Source: Ascidiella aspersa
Lineage: Eukaryota
NCBI GenBank assembly: GCA_963924565.1
Contig: OZ004608.1
Span: forward strand, 6,882,001-6,946,000
Direction of reading: 5' to 3'
Length of the DNA stretch: 64,000 nucleotides
Positions 26,860-38,933 of this stretch are shown piece by piece. How positions within the stretch are numbered: position 1 is the first letter of the stretch; every line of letters starts with the position of its first letter. The notes below the pieces were generated by a model. The model was not told the origin of the DNA. It searched no databases and saw nothing but the letters and a program-made list of their open reading frames with translations. Both the position numbers and the translations under genes were made by a program.

Positions 26860-27415
26860 CAGGGTTACCATTTGCTCAGACCAAATAAGCACCTACTCCA
26901 AAAAAATAAGCACGCTACTAAAGATCAGGAACAGATCCAGGACTCCGGGGGTGATATCCAAGGTTTCAGAAATAACGTTATAATATAAAATGAAAACTTG
27001 AAAAACAGCTATTTTTGTTTGCGCAAAACGTAGCTTAATCGCGCGAAGCAAAAAAAATGTGTTTATTAGGTTAAAATTGGCAAGTCCTCACGTCAAGCCG
27101 AAGGTTTACTTGATTGCTAAAGCAACCTACCACGCTTTTATAGGCTAGAATGTACTTTTTAGATTTGGAATAAACAATCACAATCCATTGTTATTATGTA
27201 ATTTAATGCATTACTGTTATAATCTGGGTTAAATAACTGGATAAATATAAATAAATAATTGATAAAGAACGCTTTTAGAAATTAAAATAAGACAAACTAA
27301 GCACATAACTCTAAAATAAGCACGTTTCTTAGAAATAAGCACATTGGCGTTTTCTAAGACACTGCGCCCAAAAATAAGCACAAATCTTAGAAATAAGCAC
27401 GGTATGGTAACCCTG
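26860..27415. mobile_element. hAT-like MITE with subterminal AAATAAGCAC repeats
   Basis: Perfect 12-bp TIR CAGGGTTACCAT...ATGGTAACCCTG; 8-bp TSD cttataag; empty site in the paralogous unit at ~37353. Confidence 0.92.
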
Positions 27416-27611
27416 CTTATAAGGTTACGTTTTTCTGTAAATCTAAAATAAACAAATATAAAAATATCTAAATTTGGTGATTTATTGTTAAATATTAACT
27501 CAACGTTCGTTTTACGACGTTGGAAATTTTAACTCTATTTTTCGGCGTTTGAGGTCGCGCGTTAAACCGGCAAACTAAATAAAACACAAACAGAAAAAGT
27601 TTAGGCTACGG

Positions 27612-28531
27612 CAGGAGTCGGCAACCCCTGGTACGCGTGCCAAAAGTGACACGCGAGATGATTTTACAGGGCACGCCAAATGATTTAACGCGCTCGTTAT
27701 ATCACCTTAAAAATTCAATATCACATCATAACTTTATTATTACATGACTAACACTAGCTAACTAAACTATTGCACACATTTCTAGTTCGATCTGCAGTGT
27801 TTGTGTCACAAATTAGTGTCTTAAATGTTGTATTTAATATTATTTTTTGTGGGCGTTATACTAGTTGTCCACCACTAATCGTTTGTATTAAGCACAATGC
27901 CCTAAAATTGGTGCGATGTTTACTGCGGTAAAGCAGGGCATTTTACATTGAAGTACGCACGTGTGTTTTTGTATGTCTGAGAAACCTAGCTTAAAGCGAA
28001 ACTGATAGCTAACACTTTTATAGCTACCTGCTGAAAAACGTGGAATTGTATTCCAAAATAGCGGTCACAGTATTGTGTTCGTGACAGTGTGTTTTTTCAC
28101 ACGGTTAAGGTATCTTTACAGAATTTAACTTATGAAATTAGGTTTAATGGCGTCTCCCAAGATACGTAACTTAGATGTCAGATCACAGCAGGGTTGCGGA
28201 GTCGGGCTCGGGCTCGGGACTCGAGTAAGACTAGGTAAAACCGTAAAACTACCCGAGCTCGACATGTGCGCATGTGCTTAACCAAATTTCGAAACTATTT
28301 TCCATGAGCCCTACGAAGGATTGCGGATTATCCATCTTGTTTCAGTTACGTAAATCGGTGAAGTATACAGGCTGTTGAGTCTGAGTCGGACTCGGGTTGT
28401 TTTTAACCGACTCCGCAGCCCTGGTTGCTAGGGCAAAACCAAACATAGAAAAATGTTTGGCACACGAGTTGTTGATATTTTAAAATTATTCTTAATTTGG
28501 CACACTGTATGCGAAAGGTTGCCGAACCCTG
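27612..28531. mobile_element. hAT-like non-autonomous element (host of a nested MITE)
   Basis: TIRs CAGGAGTCGGCAACC...GGTTGCCGAACCCTG; flanks ggctacgg/ggctacaa; empty site ttaggctacgatg at ~37530, ~46297 and ~55706. Confidence 0.85.
28189..28423. mobile_element. Nested MITE
   Basis: TIRs CAGGGTTGCGGAGTCGG...CCGACTCCGCAGCCCTG; TSD not clean (gatcacag/gttgctag). Confidence 0.75.
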
Positions 28532-29204
28532 GGCTACAAAATCAATCAGAATGGTTTGATCTGCTTTTTTTGACCGCAGCACATTACTCTGTTATATTAC
28601 TTTGGCGGAAAATTTAGCCTAGTTGCCATATACATAAATTTAGGGTTCATTTATTTATTATTTTATTTTTAAATAGGGAAAGCGTCACGATTTTGCGTTC
28701 CAGGGTTCATTTATTGATTTCTATAACCTTCATGAAGTAGCGCACACGTAGAACACAAGATTAACTTAAAACAACTGAGCACGAAAGGTTACTCAATAGC
28801 ATTACTCACAAGACGTGCTGGTTCGTTGTGTCTGATTCAATGTTAAGCCTGTTTCAATAATATTACGGCAGGCGACTTTCAAGTTGTGGAAATGACACAT
28901 CGCACGGGTATAGCAGTCAGTATAGCTTAACCAGTTTTAGGCAACTTTCATGCAGCCATTCAGTTATTAAGTAAATAGCCATAATCTTCGAAACGTAATT
29001 TATTCGTGCTTCACTTGACTAAATTACCTGAAGGTATAGACGTTAAGTTATTGAATCATTCCTACACACATTGTGTGCTTAGAACCTTAAGAAGTCCCAC
29101 CGACCAACGATAACGGCAAGCATTACATAGTCCACCAGATGCCTTCGGAATAGTCTATCAAGCACAGTAAGCCTTGTCAGGATTATCGTACCAGAAAAGC
29201 AAGA

Positions 29205-29285
29205 AATGAAAAATCTAGCCTTGAGTAAGTTTCGAGCTCACGACCTCGGGCAAAACGGGGACTGTCGCGCGACCGAATTCGTTGA
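29205..29285 (-). mobile_element. Possible tRNA-derived SINE head relic (repeated upstream of genes 6-8)
   Basis: Reverse strand reads ...gaggtcgtgagctcgaaacttactcaaggc, resembling a tRNA T-arm/B-box (GGTCGTGAGTTCGAA). No full cloverleaf is visible. Confidence 0.35.
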
Positions 29286-29478
29286 TAGTACCCTAGATAT
29301 TATTAGATCTGCCACTGGTAGCAGACGCTAGCGGTTTATCAATTAAATAAACAAATTATCAAGTATTGCTAATGAAGAAAGTCGTACAAATTCATTTGAA
29401 ACTTAGCACGGAGGAAGAGGCGACCAAAAACCATACTTTGCAGTAAGTTACGAATTTCAGCTTGTGCCTCACATATAT

Positions 29479-29690
29479 TGATTAAGTAAAAGGCGATATT
29501 TCAATGGCATGGATAGTACAATGATTAAGTAAAAGGCGGTATTTCAATGGAATAGATAGTACAATGATTAAGTAAAAGGCGGTATTTCAATGGAATGGAT
29601 AGTACAATGATTAAGTAAAAGGCGGTATTTCAATGGAATGGATAGTACAATGATTAAGTAAAAGGCGGTATTTCAATGGCATGGATAGTA
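29479..29690 (+). repeat. 43-bp minisatellite, 5 copies, upstream of the gene 5 ATG
   Basis: Unit tgattaagtaaaaggcggtatttcaatggaatggatagtacaa at 29479, 29522, 29565, 29608 and 29651. Confidence 0.95.
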
Positions 29691-30042
29691 TGAGTGTTGT
29701 TGAACCTCAGTTGTTAAATATTAAATTAAAATTTATTCTATTTCATAACGAAGTTAATATTCAATTAATCATACTTTGTGATGAAGCAAAAAGTTCCGTG
29801 AGCTTTGTGTTGCGGCTTGCTATAAAGGTTATAACCTATCTAGCATACACACTATATAAATTGAAAGAATACGCTTCGGTGTTACCAAGTGATTGTACTG
29901 CACTAGAACAATATATGACTGTGGGTGGATAGTTTGTCTGAAAGAATGACTGCATTACATCACTGCTGATGTAGTTAGTAGTCTGTACAGCTTTACCCAC
30001 GGCATTCATTTGCGATTCTCAGTAACTTCTGGTTGGTTTAAG

Positions 30043-33000
30043 ATGGTCACACTAGTCAATGTGATGATTGCATTTACTACTGCGACAAGTTCATTTGCGA
30101 CGTGGCACCAATTGGAAGACTTTCAATACAGCATTCAAAGCAATGTAAAGCGAACGTTTAAGGAAGCTGCTACGGCTTGCAGGGAAATGAATGCATCTCT
30201 GGTTAAAGTCAACTCGTCGATTATCCAAATGTTCTTAGCTCAGAAAATTAAAACAGGTAGCTTAAACAATTAAAGAGCGAATCAAACGTAACTCATATTT
30301 ATCAATTAGACAAATCATTCCTAAAGCTTAGTACTATTCTGGGTCACTATCCATTTTACGGAAGTTAGAATAATGTAGGCCTATTCGTTCGAACAAAATT
30401 GAGTCCCGAGTAAGACCAAAATAGAAATACACAATGTCGGAAAAACTTGTAAAGCGGAATTAAACAAGCCTTTCAGAAAACAACCTAAACGGACAGAGTA
30501 CGATTTTAACAATCTCTACTCTAAACACACATAGGGTATTACTGAGTCTTTTGTTTAACTATTATGTAAGGTGTTATCTAAAATTTCGATTTAAATATTG
30601 AGCTTTATTGTTTTTAGTGTGCGTTTCATTGTTCAGGTTCACGCACTTACTATATTGGATTAACGAGTGGAACGGATGACAAGTTCAAATGGTTGGACGG
30701 ATCAAGTTTAGCTTATACGAAATGGGAAAAGGGGGAGCCAAATGATTGGTGGTGGAATGAGGATTGTGCCGTGATGAAAGAGAGTCCAGAATTTTTTTGG
30801 AATGATATATCATGCAGCCGAAAAGAAAAATACATTTGTCAGAGACCAATTGGTATGTATACTGTATAGGCTATCCTTTACGTAGATTGTGAATGACCTA
30901 CGTTATACCAACAACTAAATATAATTATAAAGAAAGATTAAATTATTAATTTCGTTTCTGAAAAAAAACATTGCTTTCCCTAAATTATTGCCTGTTCGTT
31001 GGCCGAAACAAAAATATTATTTCTGATAGATTACCGAATCACTTAAACCCGATTGTGTGAAATGAAACATGCCTGCATAAAGTGCCTGATGAAGTGTCTC
31101 GGAAAATGCATACATGATTGATTGATTGTGTATAAACAACGTAAAGTTATAAATATCTAGCCTTGGAAATATCTACCACCACCCATGTTGTTGTATCCAA
31201 TAGCTTTGTTAGTTACGTTCATATTGAAGGTTTAGCATTTAATATTTTGTTTTGTAGTTTTATGTATTTACGTTGGTTTACAGAGCTACTTAGCCCTACA
31301 ACAGCTTCGTCGACTCATCAAACAACTGTTGAAGGCTTCACTAATGCGGTGATAAACCCCACAACTGTTAACAATAATGCACTAACCAAGAACGTTCCAA
31401 AAGGTAGCCATTGACTTCACTTTCTCAAACGTAATGTACAGTAAAACGACAATTCATCAAAATTATTTGGTTTCGAAAACAGTTTAACCCTCTTTGTAGA
31501 ACAAACTAAATATGAGCCCACTATCACGGATATGACGTCATACGAAGGAAAAACAATAAGCAGCAGATCGTCATCAGGTCACGTGTTTTTCTATGCAATT
31601 TGGCAAAAGTTAATTCGCATTGAAAGCGTAGCATTAATTGCGGAAGCATTTTGATTTTGCAAAACGATTATAGCCTTATTTGTAACGTAAAGGCTCTACT
31701 TGCAGACGGTCTTACTGAGACGTATGCAAAGAAATCTGGATCATCAACTGTTGAATAATTGCACCGATCTCCGGAGTTGTGCTTCTTTGCCTTGCAGCTC
31801 TTGCTGTAGCATTGTGCATAAGGTGGGTTGAACTGCTTATAACATGTGTAGGTTAAGAGTCTAAATTGTTTAAAGGCGTCATGTTCCTATTTTCAGGAAG
31901 AGCAGAGCGGTCGAACAACAACCAAGCATTAATCACGATGAAGGTTAGTGTTACATTCCCAGGTAGCCTATAGGACAATGCTCGTATATCTCGGCTGCTA
32001 AAAGCTCAAATTGCCTCTGCTAAAAGTTCAATATGAATTAGCCGGATAGTCAATAGTGTTGTCCGACACTTGTTATTCTATTCCGATACAAACAGATAAA
32101 CGCCGAGAAGCACGTTTATTGTAAACATGCTCTTTCTGAGAAATTTACGTTTCATAGTGGAAAACGCTCACAGTGGCAAAATGCTTTGTTCTGACTTAAA
32201 AATGCTTTGTTCTGACTTAAAATTTAGCATAGTTTAGTATACGATATGTTACGATACCACGCTACTATCGTACGAGAACAAATACTAGTATCGAGGATCG
32301 GTTGTTGTAATGGCACTCGACATTTCGAAAAGTGACCATGTTTGTTTCACATCCGGCCGTAAATGATTTCATCCGAAGTTGTTTTAACTGAAATAGTTGT
32401 CGGACTTGAAATATGTAAATGGGAAAAAACAAATCTTATTCTAAATTTGCTGATAGGTAATCAGGCCACGTCTCGGAATGTGAACGAAATGCCTGCAAAC
32501 AACGAATACTCGTCTTTAAACTTGGAAACTACTTCTCAACCTCACAGCGGTGGTCAAAATGCGTCTGAAACTGGCAACGATTATTCGCATCTTAACTTAT
32601 CCGGAATAGCAACTGGAAATGTCACCTCACAAGAACAGGCGGTGTACTCCGTGGCAACGATTGGTAAGCCTTCAACATAGATGTCCTAGGAATTACATTC
32701 ATCTAAAATCAACTAGCTTGGGATAGTGCAACGGCGGGCCTGCAAACTGAAGTCAAACATATTGACTCTGATTTTAATTGTATTTCCTCAAGACAAGAAA
32801 TAATCAAGAAGAAACAATCAATCAATTATTGAATATCTCTAATTAATTAATTGAAATTATAGCCTATTTTTATAAGCCTTTGTTTTAAAATATATTTTTT
32901 TTCAAACAACATACTCATAACAGTAACACCCGAACCATTTAAAAATGAAAACATTTAGTAAGAATTTTTAAATTACATATATATATATATATCAACTGTT

Positions 33001-33294
33001 AATAAACGGCGCCAAAACTTTTCGTCAGAAACAAAGAAAAAGTCCAATGAAAAGGAAACTGTGGCTAACCCGCTTTACGGAAAAAGGAACAGTTACACTG
33101 AGAAGGAAACTGTGGCTAACCCGCTTTACGGAGACAAGAACAGTTACACTGAGAAGGAAACTGTGGCTAACCCGCTTTACGGAGACACGAGCCCCTCCTC
33201 GGAAAAGGAAACTGTTGCCAACCCTCTCTATGCTTCCTCCAACCACGAGCAGCATTCAACGCCTGATGATTTGTACTCGCAAGTAAAAAAGTAA
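30043..33294 (+). pseudogene. Gene 5: EPN/WND lectin receptor with a 1-nt deletion giving a stop just before the TM (null allele or secreted form)
   Basis: Exons 30043-30256, 30637-30852 (EPNDWWWNEDC...WND), 31284-31403, 31500-31577, 31706-31822 (GTT GAA TAA at 31750-31758 versus GTT GTA ATA ATT in genes 6-8), 31897-31943, 32457-32663, 33029-33294. Confidence 0.85.
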
Positions 33295-34327
33295 TAAAAC
33301 ACCTATTTTGCGATTTCTCATAAAGTTCCTTTGTGATACGTAATAAGAATATCAAACTCCATACACACACACGCATATATGATATAAACACTAATAATCA
33401 GGAGCTCTTTCTATGTTCAAAATGAATATAGAGTTATTCCAAACGTCAAAATGCTACCTACTTTTGTTTGGGCTTTGGTATTCTTATCACGTGCTACTAC
33501 AACCTTCAACTATTATGCTGCAAAGTTTTGTTGTAATCTTTTTTAGTTTTCCCTTATGTTTTACCATCATCGAAACATTTAGTGCAACGTAACGGTAAAT
33601 CTGGAAGGCTGACAGTAAACACTGTCAAATTTCGTTCATGAGTATTGTTGCACCCAAGTCAAGTATTGTGTAGAAATGTAGTGTTGAATACCAAATCACG
33701 GCAACTAAAATTGCACGGGAGTTTTACTTGTGTCTTGCAATGCACTTGAGTTTGTTTTTGACAAATTCTGTCTTAATTCGATGATTCGCAACAACTTTGG
33801 GTAATACTATATGGAGAAACCGCAAGTGGGCTTCTTTCCAATTAAACATCTTTTAGGTTTTTTTAACATCGGGTATGGTTGGGATTATGTGAGATTATAA
33901 CAAATCAATTTGTCATAAATCTGGTTTCACTGACATAAACACATTATATTAACCCGCTGTCTTTAGCGTAAAATCCATTACAGGATATATTAACGGTTTT
34001 TCAATGTCTGTAACGTATTGCTTGCTTTATTCTTGTACTGTGATATAAAATTACTGTATTTTGTCAAGTTATTGCATTACCGTTATTTCATAATTTTTTT
34101 ATTTTTTAGTATTTTTATATTGCATAAAACTGGCCTTAATTTGTAAATTTAATTCAACATATTCTTCTGGTGATCTCTTGTGTTCTTCTTCACTTCGCCA
34201 AACATTGGTGAACAGTTAATCGATTTGTTTGTATTTGATGCAGCTTTACCATATTCTATTGCCTTTCATCGCTTTACACTGCATTTTGTCCTTTTCTGTT
34301 GTTTTTTTATTTGTTCAGTGTTCGATA

Positions 34328-35126
34328 TAGGGTTACTCGGATATCAATAATTTTTACTATCCGGATAACGGATATATCCGTATATTTGGAATTTATCTAA
34401 CCGGTTAACCGGATAATAACTGCTAAGTGAGATAATCGATTTCACGAGGTTTGCATGAAAAATTAATTGTAAAATCATTACACAGTTTTATTGTAGATCT
34501 TCGTACACGCGCAGTACGAGAAAAATCACGCAAAAGCTCTTCGACTGACACTACCAGACTTTACCTTGCCATGAGAATGCAGTCTTCTATTAATAGAATC
34601 ATTCATTATGCTTTCTTTGTGACGTGATAGTAAATTTCACTCGTGCATTTTACGAGTACCGTAGTTGAAAGTATAAGACAATAGAAGTGTGAACAAAGGT
34701 TTAATTGCGCTCAGCGGGAGTCAGCCTCTACGTCAGGGGTTCTAAACTATTTTGTACCCGTAGCGCCTTTTTGATGCTTTCAAATGGTCGCGGACCCCTT
34801 ACATTTTTATGGTGGAATATCTGCGTTCATAGTTCTTTTTAATAATTCAGTATATCTGCACTGTACCTTATGTTGAATAAATTTACAGACAACACCAAAT
34901 TACTTTATAACACGTTTATTTTAATGTGATTTCTGCTGCGGACCCTTGGTTGAGAACCACTGCTCTACGTAACAAATAATGTTCAAACTTACTAAAAAGT
35001 GTAAAACGCATTAGCAACATACTCTTTTAGCCGGTTGACCGGCAGAATTATATCCGGATATCAGATAGAAAAAAAACTGCGGTTAATCGGTCAACTGGTA
35101 TCCGTTATCCGGATAATCTAACCCTA
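34328..35126. mobile_element. hAT-like MITE with palindromic (T)AACCGG/CCGGATA subterminal repeats, copy 1
   Basis: TIR TAGGGTTA...TAACCCTA; TSD gttcgata/gttcgatt; empty site at ~24066 in the unit after gene 4. Confidence 0.88.
34734..34962. mobile_element. Nested hAT (Charlie/SPIN-like ends) MITE, copy 1
   Basis: CAGGGGTTCTAAAC...GGTTGAGAACCACTG with perfect 8-bp TSD ctctacgt. Confidence 0.88.
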
Positions 35127-38100
35127 GTTCGATTTCGCTTTTCACGAAACCGCAATCCTACTTCTAAACACACTTAAATTAACTTTTAGCCTAGTGTTGC
35201 ACAATTTTACAATTTTTTTGAGTTATTTTGATTTCAATGATTTTATTTATCTATATTTTTAACACTGAACAAATTAGACGTATAACCGATTAATGAGTTT
35301 TGTTTAAGAACTAGAAGGTAGATGTTTTTTTGAATGGTTGCTATAATCTAAGTAAGTTATAAGTTGATGTATTCAAGAAAAACACAATAAATAAAAGGCG
35401 GGACTCATGGTTTGCTGGTCGTTTATTACTGTATATTATTACAAACCTAAAAATATTTACGAAAATAATACATAAAGTAGTGTAATACAGCTAAGTATTC
35501 ACCAACCAAAGTCTGACATTAATACATGCATTTCCAAAGACAAAGTGCGCGTAGTACTTTTAGGCAGAAATGAAACCTTTGCTTCATTATGTGCTAGTTC
35601 AAAGTGTTCGTATGTCAGAAAGGAAGAGCCATGGCGTTTTTGAACGTCATTGTTAAAAGTGTTGTTTATAGGTAAAGTTGCCATATGGTCAATTCGATGT
35701 TAATTAGTCCTTTCTGGTATAAAACTTTAATTGAGTCGTTAAACACATTTTTACGGCAGTACACACAGTCGGCCGGGGCGTCTTTGGTTTTGCAAGAATT
35801 ATCATTGACTTGTTATGCTTCGTAATAGTGGCTATTATGATTTAAAATTTTGGCTCACATGCCTAGCACGTGTTTCTGTGCAATATATCTCTCATTTGTT
35901 GATTAAAGGAAGTTTGCAGATCAACCACTAAACAAAATCACCTGTTGACATTTACTTTTTTGAGTGAAAAATTTTAGCCGCCAATTGCGCTAACTTTATA
36001 AATAGCGGTCAGTTTTTCTGCTATATTTTTCTCTACAACACTTCCCTCATGCTTCAAATGTTTCGCAAACCGCCTGTATGTCACATCGAATAAAAGTTTG
36101 CATTTATAGCACTTTATTTCAGTGACGTTACCATCTTATCTATTAACAAAATAAAACTACAATATTTATGTGTGTTTCAATAAAAAAAAATATTTTGCTT
36201 TGTCAGTTGGGCAGCTTCAGTTAAAGACTATTTAACTTTTGTCATTTGGAAACAATCTCGTTTTAAAATCTGTTTAAACGAAAGGCAAAAATAATGAAAA
36301 TTATAGAAATAAACAATAAAGAACAATAAATGTGTCCGTAAAGAAATGTATATCGGTCTCAAAACGCTGCACGATGCTATTGCTACCAAGCAACCCAGGC
36401 TAAATCTTGCGTTCAAACTCAAGCATGTTTGACGCACTACAAACAAGTAACGTCGCAGGATATTAGGTAATTAATTAACCAGGTTCAATACACTCTTAAC
36501 ATGAATTTGTATTACGTTCAGGATGCCTATTCCACTTTATGCGGACCAACTACAGAATCGTATATAGTTACTCCAATGCAACGCGATTAAATTCCGTGGT
36601 AAATACAACAGATTTAAAAACAAGCAAAATTATTAAAATTCATCTTAACCTTGATAGGTGCTATTTTCACTCGATATTATTTAGATGTATATTGCAAACA
36701 ACCGAAACAGCAGAAAAAAAATATTTTCAAATAAAACTGAAAGTTGATTTCCATGAATAACGACGTTTACATTAAGTTGTTAATAGGCTAGCTCTTTATA
36801 TTTCGTGAATCCCAGTGTCATTAATTATCTTATCTTGTAACAAAGTAATGGTTAGTTGAGGCTCTTTGCAAGGTGACAGCCAGGCAAGAGATATTTGTTT
36901 TATTGTAAAACGCCTGAACGACATTCATTAAGTTATTGTATAACACCTAAACGATAGGCCCATACTTATTAACACTTATCAACGACATTTAATTATTAAA
37001 TAGTTAAAATAAAAGTCTAAAACAGCTAGTTGGAATGTTTATATTTTTAGGATTTCTTTCAGTACCCCTTTAGGCAATAGAAAAGCCAATTGACCTCCAT
37101 AATGCCGACAGTTTTTGTGTTTGTACAGTTATATAGAACCTTGGGAAGTGATGTTTTGTACTTTTATGGAAATATTGATCCGTAACAAGTTGTCATAATA
37201 GAGTTGAAATTATAATTTCCAGCCGATAGTGGTAACCTTCTTAACAACAAACGTTGGTGTACTTCACTGCATAAAATCTCTATATTGTTCGTACAATTAT
37301 GTAAAATAAAGAGTATGAAAAACTGATCGTAAAATGTTTTTAAACTTTATCGCGTATAAGGTTAAGGTTTTCTGTAAATCTAAAATAAAAAAATAATTTG
37401 GTGATTTATTGTTAAATATTAACTCAACGTTCGTTTTACGACGTTGGCAATTTTAACTTTATTGTTCTGCGTTTGAGGTTGAGTGTTAAACCGGCTAACT
37501 AGATAAAAAAAAAAAACAGAAACAGTTTAGGCTACGATGTCAATCGGAATGGTTTCATCTACTAATTTCGTCCTAAGCACATTACTCTGCAATATAACTT
37601 GCTGGAAAGTTTACCCTATAAGCTATATCAGGAAAATTATGGCTTATTTATTTGTTATTTTATATTTAAATAAGTAACGCTTCACGATTTTGCGTTCCAG
37701 GGTTCATTTATTGATTTTTATAACTTTCAATAAGTACTCCACACGTATAACGAACTGAACACGAAAGGTTCCTCAAATGCATTACTCACAAGGCGTACTA
37801 GTTCGTTGTGTCTGATTCAATGTTAAGCCTGTTTCAAAAATATTAAGGCAGGCAACTTTCAAGTTGTGGAAATGACACATCGCACGGGTATAGCAGTCAG
37901 TAGAGCTTAACCAGTTTTAGGCGATTTTCATGCAGCCATTCAGTTATCAAGTAAATAGTCATAATCTTCAAAACGTAATTTCTTCGTGCTTCACTTGACT
38001 AAATTAGCTGAAGGTATAGACGTTAAGTTATTGCATCATTCCTACACACATTGTGTGATTAGAACCTTAAGAAGTCCCACCGACCAACGATAACGGCAAA

Positions 38101-38455
38101 CATTACATAGTCCACCAGATGCCTTCGGAATAGTCTATCAAGCACAGTAAGCCTTATCAGGATTATCGTACCAGAAAAGCAAGAAAAGAAAAATTAGCCT
38201 GAAGAGTTTCGAGCCCACGACCTCGGTCAAAACGGGGACTGTCGCGCGCCCGAATTCGTTGATAGTACCCTAGAAATTGTTAGATCTGCCCCTGGTAGCA
38301 GACGCTAGCGGTTTATCAATTAAATAAACAAATTATCAAGTATTGCTAATGAAGAAAGTCGTACAAATTCATTTGAAACTTAGCACGGAGGAAGAGGCGA
38401 CCAAAAACCATACTTTGCACTAAGTTACGAATTTCAGCTTGTGCCTCACATATAT

Positions 38456-38582
38456 TGATTAAGTAAAAGGCGATATTTCAATGGCATGGATAGTACAATG
38501 ATTAAGTAAAAGGCGGTATTTCAATGGAATGGATAGTACAATGATTAAGTAAAAGGCGGTATTTCAAATGGCATGGATAGTA
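38456..38582 (+). repeat. 43-bp minisatellite, 3 copies
   Basis: Same unit as at 29479; starts at 38456, 38499 and 38542. Confidence 0.9.
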
Positions 38583-38933
38583 TGAGTGTTGTTGAACCTC
38601 AGTTGTTAAATATTAAATTAAAATTTATTCTATTTCATAACGAAGTTAATATTCAATTAATCATACTTTGTGATGAAGCAAAAATTCTGTGAGCTTTGTG
38701 TTGCGGCTTGCTATAAAGGTTATAACCTATCTAGCATACACACTATATAAATTTATAGAATACATTTCGGTGTTACCAAGTGATTGTACTGCACTAGAAC
38801 AATATATGACTGTGGGTGGATAGTTTGTCTGAAAGAATGGCCGCATTACGTCACTGCTGATGTAGTTAGTAGTCTGTACAGCTTTACCCACGGCATTCAT
38901 TTGCGATTCTCAGTAACTTCTGGTTGGTTTAAG

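Noticed and set aside
29479-29690. CRISPR-like appearance of the 43-bp and 51-bp repeats
   Set aside because: Head-to-tail units without unique spacers, in intron-containing eukaryotic DNA with no cas genes.
29681-29932. Recurring ORF MDSMSVVEPQ... (also 47346, 56705) and other repeated intergenic ORFs (35499, 36228, 36539, 42354 and copies)
   Set aside because: They recur only because of segmental duplication, are disrupted in some copies and show no recognisable domain.
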